Source: Nymphaea colorata (taxonomy: Eukaryota). From it: a stretch of 64,000 nucleotides of DNA. Location of the stretch: NCBI RefSeq assembly GCF_008831285.2, contig NC_045138.2, positions 13,144,001-13,208,000 on the forward strand. Reading direction: 5' to 3'. Below the pieces are notes generated by a model. The model was not told the DNA's origin and did not search any database. It saw nothing but the letters and a program-made list of their open reading frames with translations. Of the stretch, positions 26,065-37,509 are shown piece by piece. The translations under genes were made by a program, and so were the position numbers. Every line of letters starts with the position of its first letter. Position 1 is the stretch's first letter.

Positions 26065-28189
26065 TGCGGTGGATGCAGTCACCTGTATAACTTACCTCTA
26101 CCGGCGAGCATTGTCGCCGGTACTCTTAGGTTATAGCGAGGAACTTTCTCACCGCAATAGATCTATAGCGGTGATCTTTTTTCCCAAAATGCTATAGCGG
26201 GGACAATCCTCACCGTTCTAAACAAATACCGGTGATCCAATAGCGATGCAGCGAGAAAAGGAAAAGGCACTGCCAAAAAATCTTGTGTCTGGGAAGAAGA
26301 AAGAGGACGAGATGGATGAAATATTGTACGTTTGTCCTCTTTTTTTATGCACTAATTCATGCTATTCAACACACCCGAGTTACTAACGTTTGTCCTCTTT
26401 CTTTGTGCACAAAGTCATGTTGTTCAACACACTGAAGTTACTAACTCTGCTTCTCACAATTGCTAGGGAAAAGTGAGCAAGAAGCTCGACCTCTCAAGAA
26501 CACAGAGTCGACACGTTAATTTGTCTTTTGCTTTGCTTTCTTTTGGGTATTTGGCTTACTTGTTTTTTTTTTTTTTTTCAAGATTCTCTCCAAAGCTATA
26601 CTTTGGTAAGTAGAAATGAGGTAGCCTTTTTTTTTATGTTGCTGCACAATGAGTGTATTTGCAAAAGGAGCACGGTGTTTCACCATTCATCAAGTAACTT
26701 TAATGTCTGATTTTCTGTCTTCAAGATAGATATACAATAAACAATCTATTCGGTTTGAAGGTCGCCTTATGTTGTTATATTTGTCATCTTAATACTTCTT
26801 TAAATTATTAATTATCTAAGAAGGGGAAACGAGTTTTCCTGGGAACTGTGGCTTTTATGGGAAAATGGAAGGATTTGGCCTCATAAGTATTGAGCAAATG
26901 GTTTGAATAACGCTACGTGGCAGAAGAATTACATTGGTTTGGAATTTTTGGAATCATCCCCCTTATAGGGAAAATCATTCACATGCATTTTCTTATATGA
27001 GAACAGCTATGTGGCAGAAGGATTATAAGGGTTTTTTTGCGTGAATCTATCACCATGTTCTGTTGTTGACAATGGTCATGGATCACAATTGGTGAGCTGC
27101 AAGAAGATTTCTAAGTCAGGGAAGATCTGAAGTCCGTCAAACGAGTCCAAATTGGGTGAGTTATTCGCAAGTCGTCTAGTGCAGCCCTCACATGTTGTTG
27201 TCGATGTTAGTTCAGTTTTTTTATATCTGAAATTTTCTTCCATGAAATATACATCAGGTCTAGATGATTTCTGTTAGTTGTTGCAGTTAACGTCTAATAT
27301 GAGTTCTTGTTTGCTAATTGTCATTATCCTGTCAGTGGATTGATGATACTGCTAGTTGTGTCAACTTGGATGTAATATTTAGATCATGGTGTTTATATAC
27401 GTTAAAGACAGAGAACCAAATTTGATTTTCTTGAACAGAACCAATCTGATCAACAATTGGATCTGCACAACTGCTTATTGCTTAAAGTTTGTGTGCATGT
27501 TAATTGATGGAGCAACCTGGTGGTTGTCGATTGTTGGAATTTTTTGGTCATGCATTCCTAGCAGCTGAATATTAATTTCTTTAACTGCCATGGCTGAGGA
27601 AAAGGGTCACAAGAGTGATTCCACATCTGATCTTGTGGCTAAGTATAAGGCAATTGCTAATACTTTCTCATATGGGTCAGCTATCAAATTTGACAACAAC
27701 AACAACAATGAAAGGTGCTCAAGAAGTTTGATGATGTCAGTGATAGGGCATCGAAGAGAAAATATTCTTTCAAATCTGAACCCAAGGAGAAGACCGGAAA
27801 ATATGACGCATGGTGAGAATAACAATATTGCCATGTACTAGATTATGAACAGTATTCAAACATATCATAGTTACCCTAGTTTACCACACTATAGCAAAAC
27901 AAACGTGGGATTCATTGTGAGACACATATTCTAAGGATAAAAATGTCAGCAAGATTCTATAGGTTCCACACAAGATCTTTCAACTTCAACGGGTGATTAC
28001 ACCTCATTTACTTCCCATCCATCCTTTTGTGCTCATAATGAGACTATCACACCACATTTACTTTTTATCTCTTCAACACTACTGAAGTTACGTGTGCCAT
28101 TCTCTTTGCCAAGATGATGCAACATAAATAATCGTCCCAAATAAAGTACGCCTTTTTATCGCTTTTCATTATGAATATGCACCCACATG

Positions 28190-28943
28190 GAGCATCCACT
28201 ACTTGCCTATGACAACCAATCAACATATTATTTTAATACCACCTAATTACTATTTTTAATGGTGGGACATTGCTTCATCAAGATCCTTAAATAGTTCTCC
28301 GGTGTCACGACACTACTTCCCCGTTGTTGAACGGGATTCATCATAGACCTTCCATCCTATTTCGATTTACCTATATGGAAATCTATTTTTCAAAAACTTT
28401 TTGCATCTCCTCTCATTTACTAATATTAACAACACCCAACAATTTCAACCCGTATTTGTTTGTTCATCACTATTTGTCAAGAATGTGCTCCCACATGCAG
28501 CATCCGCTACTTTCCAAAGACAACCAGCCAGCCATTTATTTTGATTGAAAATAATTGACATTTTTGAGCTTGATTGTCGGGACATTGTCTCATCAAGATC
28601 CTTGAATAGTTCCCAGGTCTCATGATGATGGCAGGGTCTTCATGGCCTTTTTCATGAAAATATTGTAGCATTTTTCATCAATGAAAATTGAGCGTCTCAA
28701 CCATCTGGCCTCAAACTACTGAAGGCAGCATGACATTATTATATTGAAAAATAAACCTTAAGTAATCGAACATTTAGTTAACTATTTTCATCATGTTCTC
28801 GCACTTGTCTAGTGTTGCATGCTTTTCATTATCATTCCTTTTGTCTCACCCATAACCTCCTAAAAGTGACCATTATACCGATGCATCTAGTTGGCCATAC
28901 ATTGGTTGTGTCAACCAGCCAGTCATTTATTTCAATTGCATTT
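28190..28943. repeat. Degenerate copies of the ~307-bp satellite
   Basis: Shares CATCAAGATCCT..A.TAGTTC and CGCACTTGTCTAG...ATGCATCTAGTTGG...GTCAACCAG...CATTTATTTCAATTGCAT with the units at 31194-33449. Confidence 0.7.
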
Positions 28944-28944
28944 T

Positions 28945-31193
28945 GTTAAAGCTTTTTAGAGTCAATTTGAGTCTTTTTAAAATATTAAAAGGTGGACAAG
29001 GGTCTACTTATTGTTTTCAAGTCAGAGTCCACCGAGTCAAAGTCTCTTTGATCTTCTGCAACTTGATGTTTGGGGTTCAAGTCGTGTTTCTCGTCGTTCA
29101 CGTTTCTGGTATTACCTTGTTTTGGTTGATGATTTTACTAGAGTCAGTTAGGTATTTTTGTTACGGAACAGGTTTGAAGTCATCTATATTCTTCAGAAAT
29201 TTGTCAATGAAATAAAAACTCAGTTTGGTGGTATTGTCAAAAATATTCACACTGATAATGCTCTTGAATTTAAATCTTCAGTTCTACTCCAATTTTATGT
29301 CAATCATGGAATTCAACCACAATATACATGTCCCACACATACCAACAAAATGGTGTTGCTGAACGCAAACATCGACAGCTTCTAAATGTGGCCCGTACCC
29401 TCATGTTGCACACTTATATGTCTGCCTATTTTTGGGGTGATGCTATTCTAAATGTGGCCCGTATCCTCATTTAAATACTATATCTAGATTGACCATCATT
29501 TCATATACCCCCCAAAGTATTTGGATGCATTTGTTTTGCACACATCTTGGGCCCAAACAAAAACAAACTTGCTGTCCAAGCTGTCAAATGTGTGTTCATT
29601 GGATATTCTGCCAATCAAAAAGGCTATCGATGTTTTGATCCCCATACCAAGAAAGAGATTGTCAGTGCAGATGTTACATTTTTTGAATCTCGTCCTTATT
29701 TCTCTGTTCCAAGTACCATTATGTCTGAGCTTCCTGTGTCTGTTCCTCTTCCTATTCTCCCAGTATCACTTGAGTCGATCTCGTCCTCTCCACCATTATC
29801 AGGTGATCATTTTCTTGATCCTCCAATACGTCTATACCCGGCGTCAAGGTCCCTCTCCTAACCGCCCACCAACATCTTCTCATGAGGTAAGTTCTAATGA
29901 TAAGACTGACTCAGGAAGAAATGATGGCTATTCTGCAGATGATCTACCTATTGCTATTCGCAAGGGTCGGCGGTAGTGCACAAGGCATCTGATTTCTAAC
30001 TCGGTTTCTATGGACCATTGGAGCACAAGTTTGGTGCAGTTTGATCGAGCTATAGCTAGTCATACTATTCCGACCTCTCACCACCAAGCCTTATTAGATT
30101 CACGATAGAATCACGCTATGCAGGAAGAAATTGATGCTCTTCTTTCTAAGGAGACTTGGGACTTGGTGGACCTACCATTGAATTGTGATGTTGTCGGCTC
30201 CAAATGGGCATTCACCATCAAATATCATTTTGATGGGTCTGTAGAGTGATTCAAAGCTCGTCTTGTGACTAAAGGCTATGCACAGACTTATGGGGTGGAC
30301 TTCTTCGAGATGTTTTTGTCTGTGACATGGTTATCAGCTTGATGTGAAAAATGCATTTCTATATGGTGATCTCTCTGAAACAGTCTATATGCAACACCCA
30401 CCTGGTTTTGAACGACAGGGAGAATGTTTGAAGGCATGCAAACTTAAAAAGGCTATGTTGATGATATTGTCCTCACTGGAGAAAGTACTCAAGAGATAGC
30501 TCAGATAAAGGAGTTCTTACAGAAACACTTTGTCACAAAAGATCTTGGTCAACTTCGATATTTCCCTGGTATTGAAGAGGCTCGTAATAGTAAAGGGATT
30601 GTGATGTCTCAAAGGAAATATGTTCTTGATCTTTTGCAGGAAACATGGTTATTAGGAGCCAAACCTGCTACACTTCCTATGAATCCTCGAATTCATATGC
30701 ATGATGATGAATCAGAGGCTTTTGACTTTCGTTCTTACAGATTTGTGATAGGAAAACTTTCATATTTGACCATCACTCGTCCAGACATCAGCTTTGCTGT
30801 AAATAAGCTTAGTCAATTCACGGAGAAACCTCGAAAAGTTCATTCTGAGGCTGCTTTTAGTGGTGATAAAATACTTGAAATCAGCCCCAGGAATGGGGTT
30901 ATGGTTCAAAAAAGGAGAATGTGTGGACATAGAAGCATATAGTGAAGCTGATTATGCAGGGTTAGTAAATGATAGGAGATCTACTACATATTTTTGCGTC
31001 TTTATTGGCGGGAATCTTATTTTTTGGAGGAGCAAGAAATATAATGAGGTTGCTAGATCGAGTACTGAGTCTGAATATAGAGCTATGGCTCAAACGGCAG
31101 CTGAAATGTCATGGGTCAAATTAGTGCTTATAGAATTGAGAATTTCAGTGAAACTTCCTATGAAGATGTATTGTGATAACAGAGCAGCTACCT
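28945..31193 (+). mobile_element. Degenerate Ty1/Copia internal fragment (integrase, RT, RNase H), no LTRs
   Basis: TDNALEF..QNGVAERKHR, KCVFIGY..NQKGYRC, YQLDVKNAFLYGDL, TRPDISFAVNKLS, DRRSTT..WRSKK..VARSSTESEYRAMA..YCDN. Stops, frameshifts and RT deletions. Flanked by satellite on both sides. Confidence 0.93.
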
Positions 31194-33449
31194 ACATCAC
31201 AACCCTTGATCGCACTTGTCTAGCAATGCATGTTTTTCATTGACTTTCCTTATGTTTTACGGATAACCTCTTAAAACAGACCACTATACCATTGCATCTA
31301 GTTGGGCATGCATTTGTCGTGTCAACCAGTCAACCATTTATTTCAATTGCATCTAATTAACATTTTTAACTTAATGATGGGAATGTTGCTTCATCGAGAT
31401 CCTAAAGCAGTTCCAAGGTCTCACAGGACTGCTTTCCCTCTTTGTTGTACGGGGTCCATCATATCATTTTCCCTCAACATAAGACGATCACATATCATTT
31501 ACATCACATGCCTTGAGCGCACTTGTCTAGCATTGCATGTTTTTCATTGTTTTTCCTTTTGTCTTACAGATAACCTCCTAAAACTAACCATTATACCGAT
31601 GCACATAGTTGGTTATACATTCGTCGTGTCAACCAGTCAGCCATTTCTTTAAATTGCATCTAATTAACATTTTTAACTTCATCATGGGCCTGCTGCTTCA
31701 TCAAGATCATAGAGCAGTTCCGAGGTCTAACAGGACTGCTTTCCCTTTTGTTGAACAGGGTTCATCCTATCTTTTGCGCTCAAAATGAGACGATCACATA
31801 TCATTTACATCACATCCCTTGAGCGCAATTGTCTAATACTGCATGCTTTTCATTGAGTTTCCTTTTGTCCTTTGCATAACCTCTTAATGTTGAACATTAT
31901 ACCAATGCATCTAGTTGGCCATACGTTGGTCATGTCAACCAATCAGCCATTTATTTCAATTGCACCTAATTGACAATTTTAAGTTGATTGTGGGCATGTT
32001 GCTTCCTATGTCACACGGGTACGGGTACGCAGACACAACAATTTTCAAAATTTTAGGATATGTGGACACCACGAATATTATATTTAAAAAAATTAAAAAT
32101 AATAATAAAAGTAAAAAAAATTAAATTAATAATTCACTCCTACAATCTCATAAGTCATAATATAGAAAGTCTCAAACAAACATAACATGAAATAAAACAA
32201 TACAACATAGTATAAACATGCAGATTTATTTCTAGATTATGTAAAACAATCCTCAATGAGAGAAGGCAAGTTCCAGCACATTCTAGTGACTGTTGGCAAC
32301 GACCACCTTACAAGCACTAAGGCAAAATCCTCAAATCAGCAAAATCCCCAAATCAAACAAAAAAAGAAAATATCACACATAGCATTGAAGAATAGGATCA
32401 AGATCGACGAATTAACCGTTCAATCTTCAAACGAAAATATCCCCAAATCGACAGGAAAAACCCAAATGAAGCATGAAACCCTAACTTCTAATATCGAAAA
32501 TAAAAAAAAACACTTACCTGTCTGTCGCCGGCTGCCACCGGATGTTGCCGTCGATCACCGGAGCTCGTCGCTGTCACCCGCCATAGAACTCTATTGTCGC
32601 CGCAAGGAGTCGAGGGTAAAGGTCGACCGTCGAGGGTAAAGCGTAAAACGAAATCGAGGGTTAAAACAGAAAATCGGGTTATGAAAGTGGTTCGGATCGA
32701 GTCTGACCTAGACCTGATCCAAAACGTATCCTGCTATGTCCAAGTGTCGAGATCCACATGTCGGAGTCTAGACACCGGTACGTGATCCAGATTGCCATAT
32801 CCATGGCACATAGGTTGCTTCGTTAAGGTCTTAGAGCAGTTTCCAGGTCCCATAGGACTGTTTTCCCTCTTTGTTGTACGGGTTTCATCTTATCTTTTGC
32901 CTTCAAAATGAGACGATCACATATCATTTATATCATATCCTTTGATCGCAGTTGTCTATCAATGCATGTTTTTCATTGACTTTTCTTATGTTTTACGGAT
33001 AACATCTTAATACTGGCCATTATACCAATGCATCTAGTTGGGCATGCATTTGTCGTGTCAACCAGACAACCATTTATTTCAATTGCATCTAATTAACATT
33101 TTTAACTTGACGATGAAAATGTTCCTTCATCGAGATCCTAGAGTAGTTCCAAGGTCTCACAGGACTGCTTTCCCTCTTTATTGTATGGAGTTTATCATAT
33201 CTTTTGCCCTCAACATGAGACGATCACATATCATTTACATCACATGCCTTGAGCGCACTTGTCAAGCATTGCATGTTTGTCATTGATTTTCCTCGCCTTA
33301 CGGATAACCTCCTAAACATGACCATTATACCGATGCACATAGTTGGTTATGCATTTGTCATGTGAACGAGTCAACCATTTCTTTAAATTGCATCTAATTA
33401 ACATTTTTAACTCCATCATGGGCAAGCTGCTTCATCAAGATCATAGAGC
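31194..33449. repeat. ~307-bp tandem satellite, about 4.7 units, interrupted by a TIR element
   Basis: Units start near 31194, 31501, 31807, 32930 and 33237 (ACATCAC...CTTGA.CGCACTTGTC...). Confidence 0.92.
32006..32813. mobile_element. Non-autonomous hAT-like TIR element (808 bp)
   Basis: Perfect 8-bp TSD GTTGCTTC at 31998-32005 and 32814-32821. Imperfect TIRs CTATGTCACACGGGTACGG versus reverse complement CTATGTGCCATGGATATGG. Removing it restores the satellite unit. Confidence 0.85.
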
Positions 33450-35198
33450 TTGTGGGAACGTTACTGTAATCAACACTCAATAGCAAGCGGTCATTTACCA
33501 ATGCCTCAGAAATTCATGATCAAGTTCCAGCCCATCATCGAAAAACTCAAGGAAGCTGGATATATTGGGGAAGACCCCCTCAAACATTGGTCGAAAAATA
33601 AGGTTCTCTGTAAGATTACCTTGAAGAATCCAGAATTCATCATAGAAGACAGACCTTTAAAGCACGTAACGCCTCAAATGAATGAGTCATTTAAAAAGCA
33701 CATCTCGGCACTACTCAAGCTCAAGGTGATAAGGCCGTCAAAAAGCCAGCACCAAACAACGTCCAATATTTTTTATTCTGGAACAACCCAAGACCCCAAA
33801 ACAGGGGAAGTTAAGAAGGGGAAAGAGAGAATGGTCTTTAATTACAAACGTCCCAACGACAACACAGAAAATGACCAGTACTCGCTACCTAGCATCAATA
33901 CGATCATCAAGAAAGTATCAGGTAGTAAAATCTACTCAAAATTTGACCTAAAGAGTGGATTCCATCAGGTAATGATGGACCCCGAATCAGTACCCCTAAT
34001 AGCGTTTTGGGTACCACAAGGTCTCTTCGAATGGCTAGTAATGTCATTCGGCTTAAAGAACGCTCCTGCAGTCTTTCAGAGAAAAATGGACAATTGCTTT
34101 CGAGGATCGGAGGGCTTCATAGCCGTATACATCGACGATATCCTAGTCTTTCAGGGATCGGAGGGCTCCACATCTTTTTAGAAAGATGCAGAGCCAACGG
34201 GCTAGTTCTTAGCCCCACCAAAATGACAATTGGGCAAAAACAGATTGAATTCCTCAGAGCCATTATTGGCAATGGAGAAATATAGCTACAGCCCAACATC
34301 ATCAAAAGGATCGTAGAAAAACAAGAGTCGGATCTGACAACAAAATCTGGTCTACGATCATGGTTAGGAATACTTAATTATGCCAGGAACTTCATTCCTA
34401 ACCTTAGCAGACTATTGGCACCCCTGTATGGCAAAATAAGCCCTATAGGAGAAAAGAGGTTGAATCAGCAGGCTGCTGATTAGAAAAATCAAAGAACGGG
34501 TTAGGAATCTACCAGCCCTGTCAACACCCCCAGCAAAATGTTTCATCATCCTATAAACATATGGATGCATGGACGGATGGGGAGGGATCTGCAAATGGAA
34601 GCCTCAAAGGTATGATCCGAGGAGCATGGAAAAACCATGCGCATATGCAAGTGGCAAATTTAATCCGCCAAAATCAACTATTGATGCGGAAATATTTGCA
34701 GTCATGAACAGCCTCGAATCATTAAAAATTTATTATCTGAAGCAAAATGAGCTGCTTATCAGAACCAATTGCCAGGCCATCATTAGCTTCTTTAACAAAT
34801 CCAATATCAACAAACCCTTTAGAGTCCGATGGGTAGCCTTCATAGACTTTATTATGGGGCTAGGAATTGATGTGTTGTTCGAACACATTGATGGAAAGGA
34901 CAACGTTCTGGCCGATTTGTTGTCACGGATAATCTCCATCTTAACAGGCTCACAACTCAATATTCATGAGCCTCAACTACAGGTGGTGACAGTATTTGAA
35001 CAATGTTTACAGGAATGGCAGGACCATCCAGGACCTCCATCCCAACAACAGAAACCCTACAACCTGTGCAATCAGGTGATCCATTTGCTGAACAATACAG
35101 GATCATCCTCAAAGAGCTCAATCTCGAAAACGACACTCAGGGTGGGCAACTACCCAAACAACGAAGGGATGAACTCCTGGAGGAACTCTCCAGTATAG
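33450..35198 (+). pseudogene. Badnavirus-type ORF3 C-terminal part: reverse transcriptase and RNase H
   Basis: GEDPLKHW..KGKERMVFNYKR..IYSKFDLKSGFHQV..FGLKNAPAVFQRKMD..YIDDILVF and GWGGICKWK..AYASGKF..KSTIDAEI..HIDGKDNVLADLLSR. Frameshift after DDILVF and in-frame stops. Confidence 0.93.
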
Positions 35199-35407
35199 AA
35201 ATCGGGATCCTCAATCGCATCTTGTTAGATCTTGAACATGTCCAAACCATACAGGAGCTCAAATGGACCACGGCCTTTCATTCCTCTGCTCAAAACACTT
35301 GTTGGCGTTACATCTAACAAACAACCTAGCAACATATGGAGGAAGTCGAAAAAGTTATCTCCCACGTCAGGGAGATAATCAATAAGATTCGTAAAACACG
35401 AATCTAA
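35003..35407 (+). pseudogene. Viral ORF overlapping the ORF3 3' end (ORF Y/ORF4-like), two premature stops
   Basis: The frame continues past TAA/TAG as ..CWRYI*QTT*QHMEEVEKVISHVREIINKIRKTRI*. Position matches the overlapping ORF Y of some badnaviruses. Confidence 0.65.
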
Positions 35408-35447
35408 TTCTTTCAACATTTTTCCTTTTAAATTTTAGGTTATAGCC

Positions 35448-35852
35448 ATGGCACAAGCAACTGAGCCAGAATTTGAAGAACCAAACTTCATGCAACCTGG
35501 CTCAATGATCGTCAACCGCTATAAAAATCTTGCCGGACTCCATCACCCAGAAGTCGCAAGGTTTTGGGGATATATAGTTGATGAAGGATTCAACATATCA
35601 CTTGACAGGTTCGAAGAACTTGGACAAGATTTGAACAGATTAGAGGCCGCTCTTTGCAACTGTTTAGAAGCCGATCTAAGGAGCTTCAAAGAAATACAAG
35701 AAATACAACTCTTGATCTGCACCAAAATTGCAACTTCTGATAATTACTGGACTTATGTCAGAGAAAGTATGAAGATCGCGCTGGACAAATGTAAGGTTCT
35801 CTCTCGATACATTATCAAGACAATAACAGCAGTCAAGGAGATCAAGATCTAA
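35448..35852 (+). CDS. Intact 134-aa viral accessory ORF (second ORF Y-like paralog)
   Basis: Open ORF with GCCATGG start context and a DNYW motif; aligns without gaps to the preceding ORF. Confidence 0.65.
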   Translation: MAQATEPEFEEPNFMQPGSMIVNRYKNLAGLHHPEVARFWGYIVDEGFNISLDRFEELGQDLNRLEAALCNCLEADLRSFKEIQEIQLLICTKIATSDNYWTYVRESMKIALDKCKVLSRYIIKTITAVKEIKI

Positions 35853-35872
35853 AACTTCAAGTGAACCCCGGC

Positions 35873-36110
35873 TGACGCAAGCAGTAACAATTATCCTGCA
35901 GTAATAAGTAACTTTTGTCGGGAAGCATCGGCGCCTGTGCCGCGCGTTCTCAATTATTGAACTTTTCTTATCGTGTCACGCGTCTTTATGGCACGCAGTA
36001 ACTTTTGTCGGGAAGCGTCGGCTCCTATGCCACGCGTTCTCAATTATTGTACTTTTCTTATCATGTCACGCGTCTTTTTGGCACGCAATAGGAGTCCCGC
36101 ATCTATATAA
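35873..36110 (+). promoter_or_regulatory. Viral pregenomic-RNA promoter region with a 90-bp tandem duplication and TATA box
   Basis: TGACG at 35873; 90-bp direct repeats at 35907-35996 and 35997-36086; TATATAA at 36104-36110, about 180 bp upstream of the PBS. Confidence 0.7.
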
Positions 36111-36289
36111 AGGACTTGGGTCGAAGGTGTAAACCATCTTGGAGTTCCCAAGGGTTCAACTCTTCCATAGGATTTATTACTCGTATTTTGAAAGCTTGGA
36201 GCACTGCCTCCTCTTTCTAATCAAGGCTTTTCCTTCATTCTAGATCTTCTTCTTCATTCTCCTTCCATTTTTGCAAGGCTTCCGCATTC

Positions 36290-36302
36290 TGGTATCAGAG
36301 CC
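36290..36302 (+). other. tRNA-iMet primer-binding site of the virus
   Basis: TGGTATCAGAGCC, the canonical caulimovirid minus-strand priming site. Confidence 0.92.
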
Positions 36303-36483
36303 TGACATTTACAAGTAAGTCTGATTATCCTCATACTTAATTATTAGCAGTTTTTGTTTAGGAATTGTGTTTTCAAAAATCTTTTGTTAAAGACCCAGAT
36401 CTCAGAGGCCACGAGTAAGCCCTCAGAAAAGATCATAGGTCGCGCACAAGTTTTTGAAGGACACTAAACCCTAAAACCTAAAC

Positions 36484-36761
36484 TTTCATTAGCCAAAAAT
36501 TGAGGAAACTCAAACCATCCTCTCTGCTCTGACCGATATTCAGGCCAAACTCTTGTCTCTAGACTAAACCGTATCATAAGAATAGAATCCCAAGTTGGTC
36601 ACCTATCCACTATAATTTCTCAACTGAAACCTATAACCCCATCGGCCCCTACAAACAAGACCCCTTACCAATACACTGTCCTTAGCCACCTAACATCCTT
36701 GGAAGGTCGAACCCAAACCATAGAAGCCAAGATCTTACAAGTCCAGAAGCAACTCTCATGA
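36484..36761 (+). pseudogene. Viral ORF1 3' remnant
   Basis: ..RLNRIIRIESQVGHLSTIISQL..LTSLEGRTQTIEAKILQVQKQLS* ends in an ATGA overlap with the ORF2 start (36758-36761), as in badnaviruses. No 5' part recognised. Confidence 0.6.
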
Positions 36762-37162
36762 ATGACAACATTGCGTTAAAAAGGGCTCTTTCGATCACAA
36801 ATGCTATCGAGTCCCCTTCAGTTGCATACGTGAAGCCTTCGAACAACTCATCAGTTGGAGCTGCAACATCTGCTTTAATCAAGCAGAACAATATGATGAT
36901 CCAGTTGGTTACTCAAGTAATCGACAACCAAATACAACTTGCAGCGAAGCTTGCGGATCTTTCTTCTCAAATCAAGACCGCAACCACAAAAGAAGATACT
37001 CTATCAGACTCTCTGATAGACGAGCTCGGAAAGAAGTTTAAGGACCTTTCCATCGGCAAACCAGTCGAAAACAAAGGAAAACTGCACGTCGTTACAGATC
37101 TTTATTCTATCCTTAAAGACGAAAAGAAGAAAATCAAGAATAGATCGACGACCGTCAGTTAG
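36758..37162 (+). CDS. Badnavirus ORF2-like (virion-associated P2) protein
   Basis: AIESPSVAYVKPS..LIKQNN..IQL..LSIG..KGKLHV..ILKDE matches recalled P2 motifs. The native stop at the ORF2/ORF3 overlap appears mutated. Confidence 0.85.
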   Translation: MNDNIALKRALSITNAIESPSVAYVKPSNNSSVGAATSALIKQNNMMIQLVTQVIDNQIQLAAKLADLSSQIKTATTKEDTLSDSLIDELGKKFKDLSIGKPVENKGKLHVVTDLYSILKDEKKKIKNRSTTVS

Positions 37163-37496
37163 TTCATCCCAAACTCTAGCTTCAACTTCTCAGTCCGAAT
37201 TTGAGGATCAGATCCGAGATTATAACAACCACCAAAGATGACGCCACACTTTCCAGAGGAGGATAAATTCCCTCATCCGGCGTAACCACCGAGAATTTCT
37301 TGAAGAACAGCTGCAACCTGAGCAGCAGCTGAGGAGATCCCTATGCGAACGTGCAAATATGGTACCAGTAGAGGTACTGTACTCAGCACGTAGCAACACG
37401 GATCAGCACCGTGTTTATCAGCATCTATCTGAGGAAGCGATCTCCTGCCTTGACAACCAGCAAGTGGACCGACCATTCATCCAAACGGAGAGCTAC
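37140..37496 (+). pseudogene. Badnavirus ORF3 N-terminal (movement protein) fragment
   Basis: FEDQIRDY..LEEQLQPEQQL..RANMVPVEVLY..HRVYQHLSEEAI.C.D.QQVDRPFIQTESY. Start appears as ATA; TGA at 37239; truncated at 37496. Confidence 0.88.
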
Positions 37497-37509
37497 CTAA
37501 ACCCTAACC

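Noticed and set aside
31302..33286. Repeated ORFs MGMHLSCQP...
   Set aside because: Chance open frames in satellite monomers.
33450..35198. Ty3/Gypsy retrotransposon pol
   Set aside because: No integrase or LTRs; motifs and neighbouring ORF2, movement protein and PBS are badnavirus-type.
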